Shown here piece after piece: positions 1-10,911 of a stretch of 64,000 nucleotides of DNA. The DNA comes from Alloascoidea hylecoeti. Lineage: Eukaryota. The position numbers and the translations under genes were made by a program. The first letter of the stretch is position 1. Every line of letters starts with the position of its first letter. The notes below the pieces were generated by a model, which saw only the letters and a list, made by a program, of their open reading frames with translations, did not search any database and was not told the DNA's origin. Location of the stretch: positions 62,001 through 126,000 of the forward strand of contig BCKZ01000032.1 in the NCBI GenBank assembly GCA_001600815.1, in the 5' to 3' direction.

Positions 1-161
1 CTAATATAATCTCTAGTACATATCTCCGGATCATTGTGAACTCTTTTAAGAACAGTTCAAGGCCTTATAGAGCACTCAGTGGCTGGTTATATATTAAAGC
101 ATCGCCATTTTATTTGGAGTGGTATCAAAAAGAGCCAAGGTTGTAACCGGCTGAACATTTT

Positions 162-2903
162 TCATGATTCATCAAAAAGTCCATTCATCATTTTTTCTCT
201 TTCAATTTCCAATTTTTTATAAAAATCAATAACTTTTGAATCAATCAATATTTTATTTTTATTAAAATTTAAAACCTGTAAACCATCTCTTGAAACAGCT
301 CTAGATAACGCAACGTAAGCTTGGCCTTTTTCGAATATTTTTTTCAAATCGACTTTTACTTTTGTTAATGTCTGTCCCTGGGATTTGTGAATAGATAATG
401 CCCATGCTAAAATCAATGGTAATTGTTTCCTCGAAGCGATAATATTACCATCTGAATCTTCGATTTTCCAAACTTCGGGTTTTATTATGACATCTCTTGT
501 TCGTCCATCAGGCAATAAGAATCTAACTTTTGGGTATAATTTTTCTTCTAATGCTGTTGATGATGTTAGATCCAAAAACCTTGATTTTTTTCTATCAAAC
601 TTTGCAGAAACATTTGGAGATTCTGTAATACCATTAAATGGATTATCATTTTCGTTTTTATTTTCATTCTCACTTTCATTCTCATTTTCATTTTCATTTT
701 CACTTAAACAAGTATTACCATCAACAAAATCAATTACTCTACCAAGGGAACCATTAACCAAAGAATCATCAATATTTTTAATCATCATTACCTGGGCATT
801 GAGTTTCAAGGTTAATTTATCAGTTGCAAGTAAATTCGAGAGCATCTTGTTTCTCATATCTTTATCTGATTCAATTCCAGTATCAATCGAATGGTAATTA
901 TGTAGTTCACCATTCAAATTTTTTAAATATCTTTCATTTGACTTATCAACTTCATATCTCGTGGGGAACAATTCCGTTGCAATTAAACCATCTTGATCAT
1001 TTAAAGGTCTTTCCAATTTTTGAAATAAATGACATGTTTTATCTGAAATTCGACCTAATCTCATTTCATTTAACATATCTATGAATTCATCATCGCCTTT
1101 TTGTCTAAAAACTTGCTTTAAAACAATTGTATGAGATAAAACAGTATTCCAACAATCTGCTTCAAATGAGAAGTTTTTAGTTAAACCTTCTTTATTAATT
1201 GGTGGTAATTGATAAAAATCTCCACAAACTATTAATTGTATACCACCAAAAGGTGAAGAAGTTTTACCGGTTAATCTCCTTGATATGAAATCCAAACTAT
1301 CAAATAATTTACTATCAATCATTGATATTTCATCAACTATTAAAGCGTTTATTTTTTTCCACCTTTTAACTGCCTTTTTATTCCTTTTCACTTTTCGTAA
1401 TAATAAATCTGATGATTCTTTACCTAATCCAATACCAGCAAATGAATGTAAAGTTGAACCACCGATATTACAGGCAGCTAAACCAGTTGAAGCCGTAATT
1501 GCAACTTTATCAGAACCATATTTTTGTTTTAATGATTTTATAACGCTTCGTAATAAAACTGATTTACCAGTTCCCGCAGATCCAGTAAAGAAAACACTTT
1601 TACCCTTTTTGATTAATTCTAAGATTTTGATTTGTTCCTCAGATAAACATATTGCTGTCCCAGTTTTCTGATTACTACCTGGTTTTGTTGTATCTAATAT
1701 TTCAATCATTGAATCTTTTAATTTTGACATTGATTTCACCTTAATAGTTGATCGTGTTGTTCTTGAAATATTGGAACGAGTGGAGGAGACAGTTGAGGAA
1801 GCAGTTACGGTTGCAGTTGCTGAAGAAGATCTTGATTTTTCGATTGTTGTTGAAAATGTTCTTCTATCAGGATGAACTACTTCAATGGAATGATGTAGTA
1901 CGTGTTTCTTATGTAATTGTGTAAGAGTCAATTGTGAAGGTTGATATAATGGGAAACTTGGGAACGATTGAGAATTTGAAATGGATCTATTAACATATGA
2001 GTTTTTTTTAATATCTTTAAGTGATACCCTTCTTTTTGTAGGTCTTGGGGATAACGTATGCGATTGTGAACTGTGTTTTAAGGTATCATGATTTATGTGA
2101 TTATTATTAAGTAGTGATGGTGATGGTTCTTCGTTTTCCTTATATATTGACTCATCATTGTTTTTCACCGGAGTACTTATTTTTGTGTTTGTATTTGTGT
2201 TTATGCCTGTATCTGTATCTGTGTTTGTGTCTGTGTTTGTGTTTGTGTTTGTGTTTATGGTTGTACCTGTATTATTTATAGTACTCACACGTTGAAGAAT
2301 TTGTTTACTTTTGACTTGTTCATTTTCTAATGAGATTAATTCATTTTCAATATTGTCTAAGTCAGAGGTTGGAAAATCAGAAAAAAAATCGAGATCATCT
2401 GACGATAATTTAGAATTATGTTGTTTATTTGGTATATAATTAACAATTTTTGGTAAGGAACACGCAATATTTTCCTTGTTATAATCGGTTTCTTCATTAT
2501 TATCTTTGTTGATTGTTGTTCTTGTTAGATTTCGGGTTTTAATGGATGGTAGTTGATCTATGGGAATATTCAAAGTGAATTCATCGATATCTAATTCATC
2601 TAAAAAGGAGCTTGAGTACAGATTATGACCATCGTTCTGGGACATATTATGATGATAACTAAAATGGTTGTTTAAAGAATTCAAGTTCGGTTGTGAAGAT
2701 ATTGAAAATGAAGAAGCCGTTACTTTTGGTGAAATGGGATAATTTAGCACCAATAATCTATTTAATTGAAAAGAACCAAATGATCTGGATGATAATAATG
2801 ATGATACACTTACAAGCAACGGCTTATTTTTCAAGAAGTAAGTATTATATTTGGAGGAGAGTATTGTGAAATAATGAGTTATCCAGTAATAAGTATATAT
2901 CAT
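162..2903 (-). CDS. PIF1: Pif1-family 5'-3' DNA helicase (possible mitochondrial and nuclear isoforms from ATG 2903 and ATG 2645)
   Basis: Walker A GSAGTGKS, DEISM, GDFYQLPP, QLPLILAWALSIHKSQGQTL and GQAYVALSRA motifs. The first 86 aa lack acidic residues, followed by a second Met. Confidence 0.93.
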   Translation of the reverse strand: MIYTYYWITHYFTILSSKYNTYFLKNKPLLVSVSSLLSSRSFGSFQLNRLLVLNYPISPKVTASSFSISSQPNLNSLNNHFSYHHNMSQNDGHNLYSSSFLDELDIDEFTLNIPIDQLPSIKTRNLTRTTINKDNNEETDYNKENIACSLPKIVNYIPNKQHNSKLSSDDLDFFSDFPTSDLDNIENELISLENEQVKSKQILQRVSTINNTGTTINTNTNTNTDTNTDTDTGINTNTNTKISTPVKNNDESIYKENEEPSPSLLNNNHINHDTLKHSSQSHTLSPRPTKRRVSLKDIKKNSYVNRSISNSQSFPSFPLYQPSQLTLTQLHKKHVLHHSIEVVHPDRRTFSTTIEKSRSSSATATVTASSTVSSTRSNISRTTRSTIKVKSMSKLKDSMIEILDTTKPGSNQKTGTAICLSEEQIKILELIKKGKSVFFTGSAGTGKSVLLRSVIKSLKQKYGSDKVAITASTGLAACNIGGSTLHSFAGIGLGKESSDLLLRKVKRNKKAVKRWKKINALIVDEISMIDSKLFDSLDFISRRLTGKTSSPFGGIQLIVCGDFYQLPPINKEGLTKNFSFEADCWNTVLSHTIVLKQVFRQKGDDEFIDMLNEMRLGRISDKTCHLFQKLERPLNDQDGLIATELFPTRYEVDKSNERYLKNLNGELHNYHSIDTGIESDKDMRNKMLSNLLATDKLTLKLNAQVMMIKNIDDSLVNGSLGRVIDFVDGNTCLSENENENENESENENKNENDNPFNGITESPNVSAKFDRKKSRFLDLTSSTALEEKLYPKVRFLLPDGRTRDVIIKPEVWKIEDSDGNIIASRKQLPLILAWALSIHKSQGQTLTKVKVDLKKIFEKGQAYVALSRAVSRDGLQVLNFNKNKILIDSKVIDFYKKLEIEREKMMNGLFDES

Positions 2904-2958
2904 ACAAATTTCGTCTAGTATAATTATAAAAAATTATGAATAAACAAACATCCACACG

Positions 2959-2966
2959 ACGCGAAA
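2959..2966. promoter_or_regulatory. MCB/SCB-like element in the 127-bp PIF1/OGG1 divergent promoter
   Basis: ACGCGAAA between two DNA-metabolism genes. Confidence 0.45.
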
Positions 2967-3030
2967 AAATAATTTAATAAAAAATGAAAAATGAAAAATG
3001 AAAAGTATAAATATAAAAACGAGCTAAAAA

Positions 3031-4356
3031 ATGACCGTGAAGTTGGAATGGAGGAAAATCCCCGTGAAGCTAACTGTATGTTTATAATCATGATGTGTTC
3101 CTCTTCACTCAGCTAATCCATTTCATCACTAGGAACTATCACTGCCCACTGTTCTACGTTGTGGACAAACCTTCCGGTAAGATGAAAGCTCATGAAATAT
3201 CAATGGAGTATTAGTATTAAATATTAATTATTATTCTAGATGGCGACAAACAAATGAGATATGGTGTGTGGAAATATATGTTTCAGTTCTCTTACAGCAA
3301 CTAATAACTATTAATATTTAGGTCTTGCACTTTTAAAGGAAGACTTGTTTTACTACGACAGGAACCAGAGTGTTTATACTATGCTTCATTATTTAAATCT
3401 CAATCGGACCTAACTTCAATTGCTGACGATATCAAATGTAACTCAAATGATGACACTTATGATTTACTATATGATTATTTCAATCTTGATGTGAAAGTTG
3501 AAGATTTATATAAAAAATGGTCTAAAGTAGATGCTCACTTCAATAAATTAATGCAACAGGAACATAAACATAAACAAGTCCAATTAACAGGAATTAGAAT
3601 CTTACGTCAGGATCCATGGGAGAATCTATTAAGTTTTATATGTAGTAGTAATAACAATGTTAAAAGAATCTCGCAAATGGTTAATAATTTATGTATAAAT
3701 TATGGGGAATTTATAGTATCATATGATGGTATAAATTATTATGATTTCCCAACATTGGACAATTTACTAAAAAATGACCTTGAAGCAAATTTAAGAAAAT
3801 TGGGATTTGGTTATAGAGCCAAATATATTTTGAAAACTGCAGAGTATATTAAGGAGCATTATAAAAATGGGGTTGAGGACTTAAAATTACTAAGAGAGAA
3901 AACTTATAAAGAAGCACATGAAGAGTTATTGAAGTTTACGGGAGTTGGACCAAAAGTTGCTGATTGTGTTGTAAGTATTAAAGTTATATGACCATTATCA
4001 CTAAAACATTTTATTTACTAACAATATGATTTAAGTGCTTGATGAGTCTTGATAAATTTGATATTGTGCCAGTTGACACACATGTTATAACTATTGCAAA
4101 ACGGGATTACAAGATTGGAAAGAGTGGTAAAACAACAACATTAAATAAGATTGAATATGCAAAGATAAGAGACTTTTTTCAAGATTTATGGGGGAAATAT
4201 GCTGGATGGGCACATTCGGTGTTGTTTACAGCAGACCTCCGCGACCTGAACAACGGAGAGAATAATAGCCGGGACAGGGACCAAGAAAAAGAAGAAAAGG
4301 AAGAAAAAGTGGTGAAGAAACGTAAAAGAGAGGTTTCTATAAAAGTAGAACATTAA
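3031..4356 (+). CDS. OGG1: 8-oxoguanine DNA glycosylase/lyase, 5 exons
   Basis: Exons 3031-3075, 3133-3176, 3240-3263, 3322-3970, 4036-4356 splice into ELSLPTVLRCGQTFRW...GIRILRQDPWE...HhH motif GVGPKVADCVCLM...VPVDTH...WGKYAGWAHSVLF. Confidence 0.93.
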
Positions 4357-4863
4357 TCTATAAAATTATATATTGGCATTTTGTTTTGCACCCATCTCAA
4401 AGATTCTTCGATATCTAGTATCGTCATGATCACTCAATCTCAAAATGCGCCGTATAGAGCTCTTTAGCAAACAATTAATGACCAAATTTAATATCAGTAT
4501 TTCAATTACAACAAGCTTATGAAATTCGGAAACAGATGCGTAAGCTAAATTTAAAGGTAACTAAGACTGAGTGAACGTATAATATATTTTCATGATCAAA
4601 TACAATTTATTAAACGAGATATATTAAAAGTTAGATTTATATAAGTTACACCAATTTTATAAAAAAGGCAAAACGTGTATAATTATAACATCATAATTAA
4701 ACAATAATCATTAATTAAATAGGGTTGAAAAGTGATACATGGTGGATAAATTAAATTAACATTAAGTGAAAATTTGCATCAATTTAAGATTCAAGATCTT
4801 AGTTAGGTCTGGGTAATTGGTTTATGATTGCAGTTACATGTAGTATTTATAAGAAAGAAGTAC

Positions 4864-6552
4864 CTAATTCTTTCTCTTCTTTCTCTTCTTATTTTTCTTT
4901 TTATGGGATTTTGAAACTGAAGATTTAGGGGCTTTAGAGGCTTCCACCACTTTTACTTCAGAATTTGAATTAATTTCCTTCGTTTGGCCGGTTGTTGTGA
5001 CTTTAGATATTTGCTTGGATTCACTGTCAGAGCCTGAGGAAGTTTCTTTGTCCGTACTTGGCTGAGATTCATCTTCACTTGTAGTTGATTCTTTAACATA
5101 TTTAGGAGCTGGTTCTTCGATCGTAGTTTGTTTCTCACCAGCTGGCTTTTTAAGAACTGGTTCTTCGACTGTAGTTTGATCTTTAATAATTGGTTCCTTG
5201 TCAATTGGTTCTTCCATAGTAGTTAGTTCTTTAGCAATTGGTTCCTTAAGAACTGGTTCTTCGATGGTAGTTTGTTCTTCAACTACTGGTTCCTTAGCAA
5301 CTGGCTCTTTAACAGTAGCATGCTCTTTAGCAATTGATTCCTTAACGACTTGTTCTTTGACTGCAGTTTGTTCTTTAACAAATGATTCTTTAATAATTTG
5401 CTCTTCAACTATAGTTTGTTTTTCAACAACTGGCGCTTCAACAACTGGCTCCTTGACAATTGGTTCTTCTACAGTAGTTTGTTCTCGAGCAATTGGTTCC
5501 TGGGAAACTGGCTCTTCTATTGTAGTTTGTTCTTTAGCAATTGACTCCTTAAGCACTAATGCTTCGACTGCAGTGTGATCTTTAGTAATTGGTTCCTTAA
5601 CTACTGGCTCTTCGACTGTAGTTTGTTCTTCAACGACTGGTGCTTTAACAACCGGTGCTTTAACAACTGGTTCCTCAACTACAGGCTTTTCGATTATAGT
5701 TGGTTCTTCAACGACTAGTTCCTCAAAAATTGGTACTTCAACCGTAGTTTGTTCTTCAACGACTGGTTCCTCAACTATAGTTTGTTTTATAAAAACTGGA
5801 CTTTCAATCACTACTGGACTTTCATCTATAGTCGACTTTTCAACTACGGCTCTCTCTTCAACTGGGTTCGTAACAACTAGAGGTTCAGCATGCACAACTA
5901 AAACTGGAGTTTCAATAACTGGTACTTCAGATGGAGCTGATTCCTTAGCTATAGTTGTATCATCAACTGGCCTTTCAACTGCAGCTAAAGCTGAATCCTT
6001 AGCGGTTAATGGGGTTGAAATAATTGGTTCTTTAGTTTCGGTTTCATTTATAGCTAATTTTCCAGCATTGTCTTCTGGTGTTTCCTCTTGTGATTGAACG
6101 ATTGGACTTACTATTGGCGTAGTTTCTTTTAGGGGTTCAATAGTATAATCAAAAATAGGCTCAAATTTCTTTGGAGGCTCTGAAGTCCCAGCTTTAACCC
6201 CAACCTCAAGTTTGGGTGAAGCTACTTTAGGGGGTTCTGGTTCAGCTTTAGAATTTTTCTCTGTCACTTTTAGAGTTTCATTTTCCAAGGAGGCTTTGGG
6301 TGTAGACACAACTTCAGCTACAGAAGATAAATCTTCAGAGTTTTGAGTAGATGAAGGCAAATTCTTAGCATTAATTATTGGTGAAACATTTTCATTTGAA
6401 TGGGTTTTTACCGCCTCGACTTCTGATGTTCTGTCTATGATGTCAAGTTGGGATTTAGTTTTATGGCCTGTTGTACCAATATTCCTCGGAGAATCTTTAT
6501 TTTTGTTATGTTTCCTATGGCGGAAAATTGAAAAGATACGTTTTAAACCCAT
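4864..6552 (-). CDS. Uncharacterised acidic E/P/V/K/T tandem-repeat protein
   Basis: Long ORF, probable start MGLKRIFSIF at 6552. ~16-aa repeats of the type EQTTVEEPVVKEPIAK; Lys-rich C-terminus. Confidence 0.75.
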   Translation of the reverse strand: MGLKRIFSIFRHRKHNKNKDSPRNIGTTGHKTKSQLDIIDRTSEVEAVKTHSNENVSPIINAKNLPSSTQNSEDLSSVAEVVSTPKASLENETLKVTEKNSKAEPEPPKVASPKLEVGVKAGTSEPPKKFEPIFDYTIEPLKETTPIVSPIVQSQEETPEDNAGKLAINETETKEPIISTPLTAKDSALAAVERPVDDTTIAKESAPSEVPVIETPVLVVHAEPLVVTNPVEERAVVEKSTIDESPVVIESPVFIKQTIVEEPVVEEQTTVEVPIFEELVVEEPTIIEKPVVEEPVVKAPVVKAPVVEEQTTVEEPVVKEPITKDHTAVEALVLKESIAKEQTTIEEPVSQEPIAREQTTVEEPIVKEPVVEAPVVEKQTIVEEQIIKESFVKEQTAVKEQVVKESIAKEHATVKEPVAKEPVVEEQTTIEEPVLKEPIAKELTTMEEPIDKEPIIKDQTTVEEPVLKKPAGEKQTTIEEPAPKYVKESTTSEDESQPSTDKETSSGSDSESKQISKVTTTGQTKEINSNSEVKVVEASKAPKSSVSKSHKKKNKKRKKRKN

Positions 6553-6962
6553 TGAGAGATTAATTGAATGGTGAAGTGGAGGAAGAGAAGGTCTAATTTT
6601 AAATTTTAAAGAAGAAATATGTATGCAAAATTTAAGAATAGAAATATAACCCAACAATATATGCAGGCTAATGCAGTCATTCTCAAGCGTTGTACGCAAC
6701 AAATTTGGATGTGTTATTACTCCTGAGCCGGCCATTAACCCTCATTAGGCCTCATAATAAGGAGGCGGCACATTTGGTATCAATGCAGTCGTGTGCTGTG
6801 AACATTCTTTAGCTAGATATCTAGATAGAAAATTCTGTCACTGTTATAACCGTCCCATTTAGATTGGAATATGATGGACATGGTGACATGTAGCTATATT
6901 TAAAACCTAAAGCAGAAGGTGGGCACATTTACGAGTTTACGGATATTCTTATGGATACTCTC

Positions 6963-7017
6963 ACGGAAATTCTTACGGAAATTCTTACGGAAATTCTTAC
7001 GGAAATTCTTACGGAAA
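6963..7017. repeat. 12-bp tandem repeat (ACGGAAATTCTT)x4 plus a partial unit
   Basis: Read directly; degenerate TTACGGA-type copies flank it. Confidence 0.95.
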
Positions 7018-7445
7018 CTGGAAATATTTTCTCGAAAATTCACGATTACAGCGGTTTCCCGACCATGCCGATATATACGCTGGGATATTGAAGATAATAT
7101 TGGTTCTGAGTGAGTGCAATTACTTACATGAACAATCCAGAGAGACCTAATACAGTAATACGTGATCATGAATCATATATATGATTAACGGAAACGTGAA
7201 CGGACGATTTAAAATGGCTTACGGAAAAGTTACGTACGAGAAACCCCCAAAATTAATCTCTGTAAATGTTGCCGACCCTATTTATAGTCTAAAGGTGTGC
7301 AAAGAATTCCCACTACCTTGGCCAGGTCTCTCAGCAATTAACTAGTCCCATGTATGAACTGTGAAGTAAATCTTATAAGGCTTCTACATTCTGTTACAGA
7401 TTATAGCTATAGTCTGACAAAACGTTTGACAGATTTTTTAATTCT

Positions 7446-7641
7446 AGATTTCATGATCAGGTTTAAGACCATGGAGGCGACTCCTGCAGCAAGGAATACC
7501 CCTTTATTTCCCATGTTAATTAAATACTAGAAATGGGGGTAATCATGAAGCCTGACAAGTGATTGGAATGGGCTTCCGAAAAAGCCCGTAGAGTGAGTTT
7601 CATCATGTGAAGATTTTGAAGATAAGTCATCGCATGAATCT
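7446..7641 (-). ncRNA. Candidate structured ncRNA, box C/D snoRNA-like (strand tentative)
   Basis: Minus strand: terminal stem AGATTCATG/CATGAAATCT, GCGATGA and ATGATGA (7605-7599), C'-like ATGATTA (7546-7540), CTGA (7460-7457), GGGCTTT-TTCG-GAAGCCC hairpin. Confidence 0.5.
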
Positions 7642-7791
7642 TTAATATTGTTATAATTTCAATATTAATTGCAATGGATATCGATGGATTGCTTCAAACT
7701 TATATGTTTGAATATTAATCCTTCAAATCAGATTAATCTCGTTTTATATATAATTATCAAAAACAATGAAGGATTGATGCTACCTATAGCG

Positions 7792-8363
7792 CTAATCATC
7801 AGCAACAGATTCTACCCATGCTTTTAATTTCTCCCAATCAACTTCACCTTCCTTGTTTTCATCTAATCCCCTATCGTAATAACTATCAGCAGGCAATGTT
7901 CTTTTAATCGCAACAATTAATGGAACACGATTGACCTATGAATATAAAATTGTTTAAATTAATAAAATTAATAATGATAATTATAACAATTCAAAGATAA
8001 AAGTCTTACAGCATAATCTGGTAGTATATCCCGAACCTCTGGTTCATCCACTTCAACATCCACCATATTTATTCTTTTTTCAGTTTCATATCCTACAATT
8101 CTTTGTAACGCACCAGTCGTTTTATCAGAAGCTTTATCTCCTCTATAGGTGAAATTTAATAATAATGGTATTCTATTACTTAATGGGATAATTGAATCTA
8201 ATTCATATCGATATCTAATTGGCAAAAAGATCTGATTTCGACTTGATGCAAAAGCGGTTGTACGAAAATATCTGTTATAAATAACACCAGCAGATGCCGC
8301 GAACACAAGAGATGACAGAAATGTTACTTTCTTCCTCGGACCCAACTTGATGTTAATGAACAT
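7792..8363 (-). CDS. Small thioredoxin-fold-like protein lacking CXXC, possibly mitochondrial, 2 exons
   Basis: Exons 8363-8010 and 7935-7792 (intron GTAAGA...CATAG). Spliced product PLLLNFTYRG...MVDVEVDEPEVRDILPDYAVNRVPLIVAIK...WEKLKAWVE fits the Trx beta/alpha pattern and cis-Pro. Confidence 0.7.
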
Positions 8364-8598
8364 TTTTAGGAGAAGAGAAGTTTAAATTTATTGTTAATGT
8401 TTATATCCATGCATTGATGCATCAAGGACATGCATGATTATATCAGCATACACCTCGTTCTGTATTATACTCCATTCTAATATATACACAGAGGTGACTG
8501 TTTTCTCCGCTTTCGGAAACATCCGAACCTCTGAAAAGTCCTTTTACTTTTCTCTTTTGTTGTTCAAGAAATAAGATATAAATCAAAAAACAGCAAAA

Positions 8599-9343
8599 AT
8601 GCCTACAAGATTCACAAAAACCAGAAAACACAGAGGAAATGTTTCCGGTAAGTTAATGAACCTCTAAAACTTCTAAAACTTTGGTTTTCTTCTCATGATA
8701 GGGATGATCAATTATACCAGTGGGCTTGATGTAAAATCGAACTAGTAAATACAATAAAATTTTGAAAAGACAATAATTAGGAATAAATTCAGAAATATGA
8801 TATAGCAACAGAGAATCAGAAGAAAAAATCTTGGACCTAATCGATGTCTCAGTCATTCAAATACGATTAACTGGTTGTTATCCCTATTCATTTTAGAAAC
8901 AAATATTTAAATTAAAGGAAGATGAAACTAACTTATTTCTAGCTGGTTACGGTCGTATTGGAAAACACAGAAAGAGTCCTGGTGGTCGTGGTATGGCCGG
9001 TGGTCAACATCATCACAGAACCAATTTAGATAAATACCATCCAGGTTACTTTGGTAAAGTTGGTATGAGATATTTCCATAAACAAAAGAATCATTTCTGG
9101 CGTCCAACACTCAATCTTGATAAATTATGGACTTTAGTACCAGCTGAATCAAGAGACAAATTCTTATCTTCTTCAAGCACAACAAATGCTCCAGTTATTG
9201 ATACCTTAGCTGCTGGTTATGGTAAAGTCTTGGGTAAAGGTAGATTACCAAATGTTCCTGTTATTGTTAGAGCAAGATTTGTTTCTGAATTAGCAGAAAA
9301 GAAAATTAAGGAAGCCGGTGGTGTTATTGAACTTATTGCTTAA
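8599..9343 (+). CDS. RPL28: 60S ribosomal protein uL15 (L28/L27a), 2 exons
   Basis: Exon 1 8599-8647 [16 protein letters not shown]; intron 8648-8942 (GTAAGT, ACTAAC, TAG); exon 2 [26 protein letters not shown]...GGVIELIA. Confidence 0.97.
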
Positions 9344-9471
9344 TTAAATAAATATAATTAGAATATAAGTTTATGTACAACAAACGGTTTAAATTTTGTT
9401 TAATATAATATATAAATAATGCACCTCCCCTCCCAAATCAAATCTCTATTAACTATTAACTAAAAGATATA

Positions 9472-10911
9472 TTATACTTTTGTAATGTTATCAATACCAA
9501 AAATTAAGATTGCAATTATGTGTCTTAATACCAATGCAATTAATCCGACTATAAATAACAATCCCATTATAAATAATGTAAGTTTATCTTCTCTTAAAGG
9601 ACCAACAATAACTAATACTAAATTAATCATAGTTAAATTAGAACATTGATTTATTTTTATTTTTTTAGTTTGTATTTTTATATCATCTTTTGTAGTTATT
9701 TCAGTTATAATTTGTTCTTTCCATAATTTAATTAAATGAACTTTTTCCAATAATAATAAAATATTAGTTATCAAAGTTGGTAATGGTTTTATAATATCAG
9801 ATCTTGAAGGATACATTAATCCATCTTTTTCATTAAATTTTGGCAATCGATGTCTTGGACAAGGAATTATACCAATTAATTGAGGAATTGAATATAAAAA
9901 ATTAAAAATTTGTGGAATAAAGAATAAAAGTAAAGTTTTTGAAAAATGACCTAATATACCAACAACGGCAAAAACCATTCCAGCAAAATAACAATAAGTA
10001 TCACCAACGAAAACTTTTGAAGGGAACCAATTATAATATAAAAGTCCAAAACTTGCACCTAAAAAAGGTATTAATAAAATTGATGAAAATAAGTGAGAAT
10101 CAATTGATGGATGATCTTTTGGTAATTTAAAAAGATAAATTGAATCATTAATTAATAATAGAATTGAAATGATAATTGATTGACCAACTTCAAGACCATT
10201 TATACCAGCTAAAATATTAATTGAATTTGGACAAAAAATTGCAACAGAAGCCATATAAATATAATATAAAGGACCTAAATTTAAAATATCAGATTCAATT
10301 CCAAACCAATTTTTAATAAATGATGGTACCAAAACCCAAGTAACACCAAAATCGATATAATACACAACTAATAAAGGAATCGAAGCAATTGCAGGTAAAA
10401 AGAATTTATTTCTCCATCGTATATCAAATAAATCATCAGCTAATCCTAATAACATCATACTTTGTAAACATAATAAAGCACTTAAATATTGTGCTAATTT
10501 ACTATGAGGAAATAATTTTTCGATAATTTTATGTTTTTTTGAAGTTTCAATAATATTAATCATTTCATAACCTTCATCTCTATTCCCACCACCAGAAGTA
10601 ATTGAAACAACATATTTATAAAATATAAAAGGTACAAAAATATACATTGTAAATAAATAAGTTATTGCAACTATAGCGCCCATACTTTCAGGAATAACTT
10701 TTGGATTTTTTTTCGATAAATCTTTTCCTTTTAATCCAATTTTAATAAATGAAGGACCAATTATAGGAATCATTATTAATGTTGATAAGAATGATATAAT
10801 GCTGAAACCAAATGCTGATTGTAAGATTTGGTTTGTTTGGTTTGATTTAAATATTAAAGAATATGCCACTATTAGGGCAGAAACTAAAAATAACCCATTT
10901 TTGCTTATCAT
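9472..10911 (-). CDS. ALG7: UDP-GlcNAc:dolichol-phosphate GlcNAc-1-P transferase
   Basis: LGLADDLFD, NSINILAGINGLEVGQS, VFVGDTYCYFAG and PCPRHRLP motifs; polytopic membrane protein. Confidence 0.96.
   Translation of the reverse strand: MISKNGLFLVSALIVAYSLIFKSNQTNQILQSAFGFSIISFLSTLIMIPIIGPSFIKIGLKGKDLSKKNPKVIPESMGAIVAITYLFTMYIFVPFIFYKYVVSITSGGGNRDEGYEMINIIETSKKHKIIEKLFPHSKLAQYLSALLCLQSMMLLGLADDLFDIRWRNKFFLPAIASIPLLVVYYIDFGVTWVLVPSFIKNWFGIESDILNLGPLYYIYMASVAIFCPNSINILAGINGLEVGQSIIISILLLINDSIYLFKLPKDHPSIDSHLFSSILLIPFLGASFGLLYYNWFPSKVFVGDTYCYFAGMVFAVVGILGHFSKTLLLFFIPQIFNFLYSIPQLIGIIPCPRHRLPKFNEKDGLMYPSRSDIIKPLPTLITNILLLLEKVHLIKLWKEQIITEITTKDDIKIQTKKIKINQCSNLTMINLVLVIVGPLREDKLTLFIMGLLFIVGLIALVLRHIIAILIFGIDNITKV

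Noticed and set aside
3142..4248. Alternative CUG decoding (Ser or Ala clade)
   Set aside because: CTG occurs at Leu-type positions in OGG1 (ELS-L-PTVL; ADLRD-L-NNG), consistent with the standard code. This is only two sites, so it is not a full test.
6963..7017. Interstitial telomeric repeat or CRISPR-like array
   Set aside because: No G-rich strand and no spacers; eukaryotic context.
7450..7500. TPP riboswitch, SRP helix 8 or hammerhead ribozyme
   Set aside because: Lacks CTGAGA, the CAGG/AGCA symmetric loop, and the CTGATGA/GAAA core respectively.
8648..8942. Intronic snoRNA in the long RPL28 intron
   Set aside because: No RTGATGA/CTGA pair seen; an H/ACA RNA cannot be excluded by eye.
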